Of a stretch of DNA of 64,000 nt, positions 18,340-27,900 are shown one piece after another (position 1 is the stretch's first letter; every line of letters starts with the position of its first letter). Source of the stretch: Candidatus Levyibacteriota bacterium (GTDB lineage: Bacteria > Patescibacteriota > Microgenomatia > Levybacterales > UBA12049). Where the stretch lies: the NCBI GenBank assembly GCA_018061075.1, contig JAGOUW010000003.1:4301-68300 (forward strand), in the 5' to 3' direction. The notes under the pieces were generated by a model. That model saw only the letters and a list, made by a program, of their open reading frames with translations, did not search any database and had not been told where the DNA came from. Made by a program: the position numbers and the translations under genes.

Positions 18340-18902
18340 TAATTTGCAGATATCTTATCTTTTATTTTTTCAAATGTTGCTTCGCCAACAATCTTCCTTG
18401 ATAAAAGCTCATCGATCTGTCCAAATGGCCTAGATTCAATTATACTAGCCGCGGTAACTGCACCGATTCCTGGTAAAGATTCCAGATCTGTAGCAGAAGC
18501 TGTATTTACATTCATTACTGATCCGCTAGCTTCCCCTGCGACTTCTTCCGTAAGTATCTCCTCTCCGGTTCTAGGGATATAGATCTTAAGACCGTCTGAG
18601 ACCTTTTTAGCGAGATTTATGTTCTTTTCGATCCATTGCCTATCTGCTTGCTCACTCATCCCTCCTGCTGCTGCTAGTGCGTCTACAATGCGTGATCCTT
18701 GGGAGAGCTGATAAACGCCAGGATTAATCACAGCACCCTCTATATCTACAAGAATTTTTTGCTCAGGCGATTTAGCCTGCTCAACTATCAATGCAGGCTC
18801 ATCTGGCTTTTGAAAAATATATTGAAAAACCCCAACAACAACAAGAATGAGGCCAATCCCTCCTAGGGCAAAGGGTAGTAAATTTTCTTTGATCCTGTCC
18901 AT
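18339..18902 (-). CDS. comEA: ComEA-type DNA receptor (SLBB plus helix-hairpin-helix)
   Basis: 187 aa with an N-terminal TM helix. The SLBB-like motif is GAVINPGVYQLSQGSRIVDALAAAGG. The HhH region is NVNTASATDLESLPGIGAVTAASIIESRPF. Confidence 0.85.
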   Translation of the reverse strand: MDRIKENLLPFALGGIGLILVVVGVFQYIFQKPDEPALIVEQAKSPEQKILVDIEGAVINPGVYQLSQGSRIVDALAAAGGMSEQADRQWIEKNINLAKKVSDGLKIYIPRTGEEILTEEVAGEASGSVMNVNTASATDLESLPGIGAVTAASIIESRPFGQIDELLSRKIVGEATFEKIKDKISAN

Positions 18903-18903
18903 T

Positions 18904-21342
18904 TTATGTTACTACAAAATTAAGGATCTTACCTCGAACGTAAATGACTTTTATTATTTTCAGCCCCTCAAGATATCCGGAAATCTTCTCGTCGTTCTTA
19001 GCTAACTCTTCTATCCTTGCCTGGTCATCAGCATCACTTGAAGCTACCAAGATCAAACCCCTGAGCTTTCCGCTAATTTGAACAGCTATCTTAAATTCTT
19101 CCTCAGCTAAAGCTGATTCGCTAAATTCTGGCCATGACTGAGAATGCACAGATTCTTTTCCTCCAAGCGCCTCCCAAAGCTCTTCGGTCAAATATGGCGC
19201 GAATGGGGAAAGCATAATTACCAGCTTTTTAAGGTGATCTGAGCTTATGCTAGACTTTGATGCATTTAGATCATTTATCAGTTCCATTATTTTTGCCAAA
19301 GCTGTGTTGTAACGCAGATTTTCCACATCATTTCCCACACCCTTTATAGTTTTACTAAAACTCTTTTCAATTTTAGAATCGTCCAAAATATTAGCACTCA
19401 CTGTTTTTGACTGATTTTCTGAGGCTATATGTGATTCCACAAATCTTCTAACTCTTTTCAGGAATCTTTCCATGCCTTCTATGCCTGAGTCTCTGAAATC
19501 TCCCCCCTGATCATATGGTCCTAAAAACATCAAATAGCTTCTTAACGTATCAGCTCCGTACTTATTTATATATTCATCAGGATTAACGACGTTCCCTTTA
19601 CTTTTACTCATCTTCCCTCCGTCTTTAATCAAGAGTCCGTGAGCTCTAAATTTAGAAAATGGCTCATCAAAATCTAGAAGCTTCTGATCAAAAAGAACTT
19701 TAGTCACAAAACGAGAGTAAAGAAGATGCAAAACTGAATGCTCAGCTCCACCTATATACATATTTACCGGAAGCCACTTCTTAGTTCTTGAATCATCAAA
19801 AGGCTTATCTTCAACTTCGGTAGATGGATATCTTAAAAAGTACCACGAACTATCTAGAAATGTATCACAAACATCAGTCTCACGCTTGGCAGGCCCGCTA
19901 CAATTAGGACATTTTACATTCACAAAATCCGAATCCCCGGCTAGTGGTGCAACCCCCGTCCCTAAAGGCTTAAAGTCTTTTATGTATGGGAGAATTACAG
20001 GCAAATCAGCTTCAGGAACAGGCTGCCAGCCACACTTATCGCAATGGATCATAGGAATTGGAGCTCCCCAATATCTTTGACGAGATATAAGCCAGTCTCT
20101 CAAATGATAATGTGTCTCCTTTGTACCTATTTCTTTATCTTCTAGCCATGAAATAATCTTGTGAAAATCAAAGGCACTATCCCACCCTGTCCAATCCCCA
20201 GAATCTTTAATTTGGCCTCGATGGGTATAGCACTCAGCCTCTCTCTCTGCTCCTTCAGGCGTGGCTAAAACGTATTTAATCGGAAGTTCGTATTTTTTTG
20301 CAAATTCAAAATCTCTTTCGTCATGCGCAGGCACAGCCATTATCGCTCCGGTGCCATAACCCATCAAAACATAATCACCAATCCAGACTGGAATTTTTTC
20401 TTTTGTGGCTGGATTTATAGCATAAAAGCCAGAAAAAACTCCTGTTTTTTCCTTCTCTAGGTCAACCTCCCCTTTTTCTAAAGCCTCAGTGATATATTTT
20501 TTAACATTTTGATCTAGTTTATCTATACTAGACTTAACAAATTGATGCTCTGGAGAAAGAACCAAAAATGTGGCTCCAAATAAAGTATCAGGTCTAGTTG
20601 TAAAGACTTTTATCTCTTCTGAGTTTTCAGTTTTAAATGTTATTAGAGCTCCCTCACTCTTTCCTATCCAATTCCTCTGCGCGATTTTTACTTTTTCAGT
20701 CCAGTCAATGCGATCCAAACCCTCAAGCAAACAATCTGAATATTTTGTGATCTTAAAGAACCATTGCTCAAGCTGTTTTTGCTCAACCTTAGAATTACAT
20801 CTCTCGCACAATCCACTTAAAACCTGCTCATCAGCCAGAACTGTCTTACAAGATGGGCACCAGTTAACCTCAGCTTTCTTCTTTTCCGCAAGTCCAGCTT
20901 TAAATAATTGAATAAATAACCACTGAGTCCATTTATAATAATCAGGCTTGTAAGTTTCAACTGTTCTATCCCAATCAAAGCTATTTCCAATCATCCTTAA
21001 CTGCTCGTAAAATCTTTTTTCAGAAATTTTAGCCTGATCTGATGGATTTACTCCTATTTTTAATGCATAGTTCTCCGAATGAATTCCAAATCCATCAAGG
21101 CCAATTGGCTCAAAAACCTCATGCCCCTTTAGCCTCATAAATCTCCCGTAAACATCAGCACCAGTAAAAGCATACATATTTCCTACGTGAAGTCCTTCAG
21201 CTGAAGGATATGGGAACATCATGAGGTTATAATACGGATTTTTAGCGCCCTCCATGTCCGGGTGATAGATTTTTGACTCAGTCCATTTCTTATTCCACTT
21301 ATCCTGAATCTCTTTATGATTGTATTTTTTCTTTGCGTCCAT
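18904..21342 (-). CDS. leuS: leucine--tRNA ligase
   Basis: 812 aa. The HIGH-type motif is PSAEGLHVGN and the KMSKS motif is GKMSKSKGN. A CP1 editing domain and zinc-type CxxC clusters are present. Confidence 0.95.
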   Translation of the reverse strand: MDAKKKYNHKEIQDKWNKKWTESKIYHPDMEGAKNPYYNLMMFPYPSAEGLHVGNMYAFTGADVYGRFMRLKGHEVFEPIGLDGFGIHSENYALKIGVNPSDQAKISEKRFYEQLRMIGNSFDWDRTVETYKPDYYKWTQWLFIQLFKAGLAEKKKAEVNWCPSCKTVLADEQVLSGLCERCNSKVEQKQLEQWFFKITKYSDCLLEGLDRIDWTEKVKIAQRNWIGKSEGALITFKTENSEEIKVFTTRPDTLFGATFLVLSPEHQFVKSSIDKLDQNVKKYITEALEKGEVDLEKEKTGVFSGFYAINPATKEKIPVWIGDYVLMGYGTGAIMAVPAHDERDFEFAKKYELPIKYVLATPEGAEREAECYTHRGQIKDSGDWTGWDSAFDFHKIISWLEDKEIGTKETHYHLRDWLISRQRYWGAPIPMIHCDKCGWQPVPEADLPVILPYIKDFKPLGTGVAPLAGDSDFVNVKCPNCSGPAKRETDVCDTFLDSSWYFLRYPSTEVEDKPFDDSRTKKWLPVNMYIGGAEHSVLHLLYSRFVTKVLFDQKLLDFDEPFSKFRAHGLLIKDGGKMSKSKGNVVNPDEYINKYGADTLRSYLMFLGPYDQGGDFRDSGIEGMERFLKRVRRFVESHIASENQSKTVSANILDDSKIEKSFSKTIKGVGNDVENLRYNTALAKIMELINDLNASKSSISSDHLKKLVIMLSPFAPYLTEELWEALGGKESVHSQSWPEFSESALAEEEFKIAVQISGKLRGLILVASSDADDQARIEELAKNDEKISGYLEGLKIIKVIYVRGKILNFVVT

Positions 21343-21386
21343 TAATAGTTAGTCTTTTAATCAGGCTCAAAACAAGTATAGCACAC

Positions 21387-21415
21387 TTGTAATTTAGCAT
21401 TTATTTTCCTACCAT
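21387..21415 (+). promoter_or_regulatory. candidate promoter TTGTAA-17-TACCAT ending 6 nt before the ATG
   Basis: TTGTAA at 21387-21392, TACCAT at 21410-21415, ATG at 21422. Confidence 0.4.
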
Positions 21416-21421
21416 GGGATT

Positions 21422-22042
21422 ATGAAGTTTTATACAGATGCGCTAATTGTCTTGGGCTCATTTATACTTGTTTTTGTTTGGCAAAATAGTCAACTCGCGC
21501 AATACTCGATTCCCTTTGTTGGATTTCTGGTCTTTTTGTTCCTGCTTATCTCATTTAAAAGAAAACAAAATCTTAACCTAGGCGGACCCGTAAATTTCTT
21601 TATTCTTAACACAATACTTCTACTTTTTATATTTTCTACTGGCGGAATAGAATCAAACCTATTCTTTCTGATATATTTTCTCCTTTTCGCGGCTGCATTC
21701 ATTATGGATCCAAGAAGCGTATTTATAATTCCAATCGGGCTAATAATTATTTTCTGGTCACAAATATTTCAAGGAGATGTAGGTGCAAATATAATTAAAG
21801 TAGCTTCTATCTCAATTCTTTCTCCCCTAGCCTACTTCTTCGGAATTCAATTTAAGAAAAATGACAAGGCAGCGGATGAAATATTAAAAACAAAAGAAAG
21901 AGCCTCGTCTTCGGCTGATGAAATATCCTCGGATGTAAAGGAAGTAATTGAAAGCGGAAAAAGCAAGCTTAATCCTAAGGAACTTGGAAAACTTAAGGAA
22001 ATACTGGATGAAACTAAAGACTTAAGAGAAGAAAAGAAATAA
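21422..22042 (+). CDS. polytopic membrane protein with a charged C-terminal tail; function unknown
   Basis: 206 aa. It has about 5 hydrophobic helices followed by KNDKAADEILKTKERASSSADEISSDVKE. Confidence 0.5.
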   Translation: MKFYTDALIVLGSFILVFVWQNSQLAQYSIPFVGFLVFLFLLISFKRKQNLNLGGPVNFFILNTILLLFIFSTGGIESNLFFLIYFLLFAAAFIMDPRSVFIIPIGLIIIFWSQIFQGDVGANIIKVASISILSPLAYFFGIQFKKNDKAADEILKTKERASSSADEISSDVKEVIESGKSKLNPKELGKLKEILDETKDLREEKK

Positions 22043-22044
22043 TT

Positions 22045-22812
22045 ATGAAAACTGCTCTAGCCTCAGTGCTACTACTTTTTGTAGTCTTCTTAGGCTTATT
22101 TACTACTCAAACTTTCGCTCAAGTAATGTCTAATGGGAGCTTTAGGATTGAGATGGGAAACCTGAATTCAATTGCCGGTGAATCAAGTGGATCAAACTAT
22201 AACTTAAGCATAACCTCTGGTGAAACTGCCTCCGGTCTTTATAGCGGAACAAATTATAAAGTAAGAGCGGGTTTTCAATATATCCCGAGAGGCGCACCTT
22301 TTTCGTTATCACTCTCAAATACTCTTATAGATTTTGGAGTTCTATCGCCTACAAATCCAGTAACCAGAACTACAACTTTAACTATTTCAAACACTAAAGC
22401 ATCTTCATATCAAGTGACAGCTTCAGAAAATCATCAATTGATCGTAAATAAGACAGGAGCCATAATCCCCGACACGACTTGTGATGGTGGAAATTGCAAT
22501 CAAACAAGAGCTGGAGAGTGGTCAAACACCTTAACTTATGGCTTTGGCTACAGGTGTGATGCAGTTTCGATCGCGTCAAATGGAGGATCGAGTCCATCAT
22601 GCGTAACTGGAGATTCCTCTTTCTCATCAAATAAAAGTTATTTTAAACAATTCGCAGATGCATCAAAGAAAGAAAACTCACAGGTGGTAGTAAAAGGCGG
22701 CATGGGTAGATCTCAAAAAGCTACAGTTACTTATAAGGTTAATATCCCCTCTTCTCAAGCTACCGGAAACTACACAAATGCAGTGACATATGTGGCTACA
22801 CCAAATTTCTGA
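22045..22812 (+). CDS. secreted protein with an N-terminal S-x-NY repeat region and an Ig-like body; function unknown
   Basis: 255 aa. The signal peptide is MKTALASVLLLFVVFLGLFTTQTFAQ. Repeats are SGSNYNLSITSGETASGLYSGTNYKVRAGFQYI. The C-terminus reads TGNYTNAVTYVATPNF. Confidence 0.5.
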   Translation: MKTALASVLLLFVVFLGLFTTQTFAQVMSNGSFRIEMGNLNSIAGESSGSNYNLSITSGETASGLYSGTNYKVRAGFQYIPRGAPFSLSLSNTLIDFGVLSPTNPVTRTTTLTISNTKASSYQVTASENHQLIVNKTGAIIPDTTCDGGNCNQTRAGEWSNTLTYGFGYRCDAVSIASNGGSSPSCVTGDSSFSSNKSYFKQFADASKKENSQVVVKGGMGRSQKATVTYKVNIPSSQATGNYTNAVTYVATPNF

Positions 22813-22813
22813 T

Positions 22814-23752
22814 ATGAAAATAAAAGTTTTAATATTTACATTTCTCTTAATCCTTTTTTCTACGAATAAAGCTAATGCGCAGGAAATTTCAGTTGGAATT
22901 GATCCCTCAATACTTCAAATCGAGGCTACGGGGCCATCCCTCGTAAAAAGCCCAATTAGCATTGAAAACAAATCAGATCAAAATGTAACTTATAGCATCT
23001 TTTTGGTGCCTTTCAAGGCCAGTGATTTAGCAAATGGACAGCCGGAATTTGAAAGAGATTTATTAGATAGCTATAAAGATATTTTTGGGAGAATTAAAAT
23101 ATCTGATGAAAATGGAACACTAACTCAAATTAGCCTTGCCCCTAAGCAAAAGAAAGACCTTACGCTTTCGATCAGAGTTAATGAAGGTGAACCTCCTAAG
23201 GACTATTACTTCTCTGTCGTATTCATATCAGAAGCAATAGGCGAAGCAAACAAAGAAAGCTTTGTTGGTGCGCGGGCAGGAATAGGAACCAATGTTTTAC
23301 TCTCAATTGGACCAAAATCTCCTACAAAAGGCCATATTCAGGAATTTACAGGTAAAAAATTCCTCACACGAGGCCCTACTGAATTTAGCCTCAAAGTAAA
23401 AAATGAAAGCGCGCATTATGTTAACACAACTGGTAATGTTCTGATAAAAAATGTATTTGGACAGGCCGTTGGGAACATAAATCTCACGCCTGCAAACATT
23501 CTCTCAGGCTCAAGTAGACTCATTGCGTCCGAGAACAATGAAGACCCAAACATTCCAAAGATAATCTGGGATGAAAAATTCCTGCTAGGAATATATAGAG
23601 CCGAACTAACCCTAGCCCTATCTGAAGAAGGCCCAATCTATAAAGATTCAATTACTTTCTTTGCATTCCCCTTTGAACTTATTGGTGGCCTTCTAATCGT
23701 CATCCTCATAATCATAGGAATGATTAAGAGAGCGAGATCAAGAACTTCTTAA
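22814..23752 (+). CDS. secreted protein with two beta-sandwich-like halves and a C-terminal TM anchor; function unknown
   Basis: The start was moved to MKIKVLIFTFLLILFSTNKANAQ (a signal peptide), 1 nt after the upstream stop. The C-terminal anchor is LIGGLLIVILIIIGMIKRARSRTS. Confidence 0.5.
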   Translation: MKIKVLIFTFLLILFSTNKANAQEISVGIDPSILQIEATGPSLVKSPISIENKSDQNVTYSIFLVPFKASDLANGQPEFERDLLDSYKDIFGRIKISDENGTLTQISLAPKQKKDLTLSIRVNEGEPPKDYYFSVVFISEAIGEANKESFVGARAGIGTNVLLSIGPKSPTKGHIQEFTGKKFLTRGPTEFSLKVKNESAHYVNTTGNVLIKNVFGQAVGNINLTPANILSGSSRLIASENNEDPNIPKIIWDEKFLLGIYRAELTLALSEEGPIYKDSITFFAFPFELIGGLLIVILIIIGMIKRARSRTS

Positions 23753-23753
23753 A

Positions 23754-24551
23754 TTAGTAACCTAAGAACCAGCTGTGATGCTTGGGCGGAGCAATTTTTT
23801 TCTTAGGCATTGGCTTTCTTAGGATGATGCTTTTAAGTTTATCTCTGAGTCTCTTAGAAAGCAGTATAAGAAGTAGGATAATGCCTACTATGACAAGCAA
23901 AACGATAAGTAGAATTAACAGAAGATTTTGCTGCAATAAACCCCCTAGGGACAATGCCTCTAGATCTTTAGTTCTCGTAGGTTTCTCTGAGTCTTTTTCT
24001 TCATATCTGGCAGTCGCAAAAAGACTATATTTCCCTGCTGGAATATCTTTTATTTCATATTTATAATAACCATTCTGATCTCCCAATACTTCTATTCTTA
24101 TATCTTTTGATATATTTATTATTACTTTTGCGTTAGGCATAGAGTAGCCTGATGCAAACACTGAAGACCCGGGATTTATCTTCTGACCTGAAAGCCCAAC
24201 CGTCGGAGGTAAAAATATCTCCCCCTTGCTTGTATCTTCAAATACGGGATCAATCTTCAAACACGTATAGGAATCTCCTACTCTTTTAACATCTATAGCT
24301 TCCATGCAAAAATCAGTAAAGCCTTCGTTTACAAAAACATTATTTAGAGTAAAGTAACCTTTCGGGTCAGCCACAGTCGAAGCCATAAAAATTGAGTCCT
24401 GACTCATAACAACCGAAGCAAATGGAGAAACATAACCAGAAAAAGCAACATAATACTTACCAACTGAAGCCGAAACATTAGTCGATTGTGCGCTTATATC
24501 TCTAGGGAATATGAAAGCTAGTAAGCAGATTAAAAAAATATGCTTCCTCAT
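23754..24551 (-). CDS. secreted Ig/carboxypeptidase-regulatory-like protein with a C-terminal TM anchor and basic tail
   Basis: The likely start is MRKHIFLICLLAFIFPRDISAQ (signal peptide). The C-terminus is LLLILLIVLLVIVGIILLLILLSKRLRDKLK. The middle contains GYYKYEIKDIPAGKYSLFATARY. Confidence 0.45.
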   Translation of the reverse strand: MRKHIFLICLLAFIFPRDISAQSTNVSASVGKYYVAFSGYVSPFASVVMSQDSIFMASTVADPKGYFTLNNVFVNEGFTDFCMEAIDVKRVGDSYTCLKIDPVFEDTSKGEIFLPPTVGLSGQKINPGSSVFASGYSMPNAKVIINISKDIRIEVLGDQNGYYKYEIKDIPAGKYSLFATARYEEKDSEKPTRTKDLEALSLGGLLQQNLLLILLIVLLVIVGIILLLILLSKRLRDKLKSIILRKPMPKKKIAPPKHHSWFLGY

Positions 24552-24915
24552 TAATAAATTTATATCAGAAAAGGACTTGATGAACAAACGCAAAATCCTA
24601 TCACTTAATATTCATGATTGCTAAATCTTCGATTTTTTATTTAAAAAACCAGTGAAAACTAAATATCTGTTAAAACATCCATAAAACACCCCGTTCTTAA
24701 GTTTTCACAGAAAAACACATACGCCCATTAACTGTATCAAACTATAAAATATAGCTTCATTTTTTAAGACTCTAGGTCCTTGACAGCATAGTATATACTC
24801 ACATATTCTAATTGTATGGGTAAAAATCTTTTCACAGTTCAGATAATGCGTATAATCCGTATAATCTCGTGGCTGAACCCCTTGAAACCTAAAAAGACTT
24901 TAGGTAATTAATTTT

Positions 24916-27900
24916 ATGAATTTATCTGCCCAGTTTAAAGAATATTTAATCTCACAGAGCAACCCACCCTCTCTTGTAACCGTAAAAAATTATATTTCGG
25001 ATATAAATAAATTTATACGCTGGATTGAAGCTAAACTCGGATATGAATTTAATCCTTCAGATGTAAACCAAAACCTCATAGATAAATTTAAAGAAGAGAG
25101 TCTTAGTACATATTCCGCAAGCTCAGTAGAGCGATCACTCTCGTCACTTCGTAAATTTTTCTATTTCTTGAAGCTAGAGGGGAAAATATCTCAAACCCCT
25201 TTTGAAGTATCGACGGTTAAGACCGAAGCTCCTGATCCATGGAGGATTAAAGAGTTCAAGAATCATTTGTATGTTTTTGGTGCATCACATCTTACTATAA
25301 AGAACTATGTCATTGACGTAAAACAGTTCTTAACATGGGCAGATGAGGTCGTGAAAACGGATGAAGCTTGGGAAATAAATAAGGCAAACAACTTTAGCAA
25401 GATCACATCTGGACTGATAGAAGAATATAAAACAAGACTTCTAAATGAAGCTCACCTCTCCCCTGTCTCAGTAAACAGAAAACTCTCCTCGATCAGAAGA
25501 TTTATTTCATGGGCTACCGAAGAGGGATTAATCAAAGATCAGGCAGAGGTGATAAATCTCCAGCCAAACGACTTTGGATTCAAAACTCATTCCTCTGCAG
25601 TCTTAGCCACAACTGCTGTAGCAACTGAAGCTTTAAGCGAGATTGGGAAAGCTCAAGCTTATTCAGCCTTCCCTCCTCTCCGAGTAGCTCAAAAAACCAA
25701 AGAAAGCGCAATCGCAGCTTTCGATACGGCTCTGACAGCTCCCCTGGCTGATGCATTAGAAAAGTCCGATGAAGTCATTTGGAATTTAAAAGGTCGCCCA
25801 GTTTTTAAAGATAAAATCAAAGCTAGTTTTAAAATTCCTAGCTTCAAGATGATAGATCCTAAGAAAATAAATAATGTGCCTAAGTCTTTTTATGCGCCTG
25901 CTCTGATTTCAACAGCTAGCTTCCCTCTCCACAGGAAAGCACTACATCACGCCAGACATTCAAGACCTAAATGGTATAAAGCATATCATTCATATGCATT
26001 CGCATCTTATCTGCATTTTTCTATATTAATGCTCTTTATCTCTGCGATGGGATATATGGTATTCAACGATTTTAATACAAAAAAGCAAACTCCTATTTTC
26101 GCAGCCCTTCCAAGTGCTCCGCCAAGAATTCTCTCTTTCCAGGGAAGATTAACTGACGCGAACGATAATCCGATTACAAAAGGCACAACACTCAGAATGG
26201 CGATTTACAACAATCAGTCAGCAACTGGATCTGCACTTCTCTGGCAGGAAATTGTTAGCCCTACTCCAGACGAAGAAGGAATCTTTTCTATTCTATTAGG
26301 TAACAATAATCCAATACCTCAAAGTCTCTTTGCGCAAAACTCAGGACTTTGGCTCGGAGTTACAGTTGAAAGAACTAGTGAACTAAAACCCCGTCAGCAA
26401 ATCGCAACTGTCGCTTTCGCAGCAAATGCCGAAACACTTCAAGGCCTCCCGCCTATTACCAATACCACTGCAACTTCAAATGTAGTCCTAGCACTTAACT
26501 CATCTGGAAACCTAACAATAGGAGGCACTGCAAATCCTATTTTTCAAGCAACTGGCGGAACATTTACTGTTTCTGGTAGAACTTTAGTTCTTACAACTTC
26601 AAATAATGGAAATATTACGCTTGCTCCAAATGGAACAGGCATAATCGATATACAAAAATCGATACAAAATACATCAAACACTAGCGCACTAGTACCAGGA
26701 TCTGTGACAGTTGAAGATATATTTTCAGTCGTAGCAACTTCTTCAGGCCAAGCTGTACTTAATCTTTCCCAAGGATCCACCGGGGATCTTATTTTAGCTT
26801 CAGTTTCTGGTAGCACTAAACTCAGAATCGATAATGGTGGAAATTTGATAGCAGCCGGAAGCCTTAATGGACTAGGAGTCAGCTCCGGAACTGTTACTTC
26901 TGGAACTTGGCAAGGAACAGCAATTGGCGCACCATATGGCGGAACAGGACAGACTTCCTACTCCACTGGAGACATGCTTTACGCAAGTGACTCCACCGTA
27001 ATTTCAAAACTAAATATTGGTTCTAATGGTACCTGTTTAACTTCAAATGGCACTACTCCATCCTGGGTGTCATGTCTTACTGCAAGTGGCGGATCAGGAT
27101 ACTGGAATCAATCTGCAGGCGCAGTTTTTCCCAACAACTCAACGGTTGATTTACTTATCGGAGGCCAATCAACTGACTCAGCAAAATTCGCAATTATAAA
27201 CATAGCTGGATCACGCGGATCCCAAACAGCAAGTCTTTCTGGAAATATAGTTCTAGACACTTCTTCTGCAAGTATTGAAACAACAAACGGACAAACGCTT
27301 TCACTCGGAGGAAGCAATACTGGATTTATAAACATTGATTCTGGATCTGGCATTATAAGTCTTTTAGATAACACAACTATTACTGGAACTCTTGGAGTTT
27401 CAGGATTAGCAACATTTAATGGAGGGCTAACTGTTCCATCAGGTCAAAGTACAACTCTAGTTTCATTTACTAATAACGGAGGTATTCTATACACAAACGG
27501 AAGTGGAGTTTTAGCTCAAACAAGCGCTGGAAGCTTAGGAGAATGTTTTATCTCTAATGGCGGTGGCGCTCCAACTTGGGGCTCTTGTGTAGGCTCTGGC
27601 GGAACTAATTGGAATATTACCGACGGAGCAATTTATCCCAAATTAGCCTCAACATTAGACTTTTTAATTGGAGGAGCATCAAGTGATAGTGCTAAATTCG
27701 CTATCTTAAATGTAAATGATACGCGAGGAAATCAAACCGCTTCACTCTCAGGAGGAATTATTCTTGATTCAAGTACAGCTACAATTCAGACAACACTAAA
27801 TCAATCACTATCTCTTAATCCAAATGGCGGATACGTAGGAATTGGTACAAGTACTCCTACATATAAACTAGAAGTTGAGGGTATTCAAGATGCTGGAATA

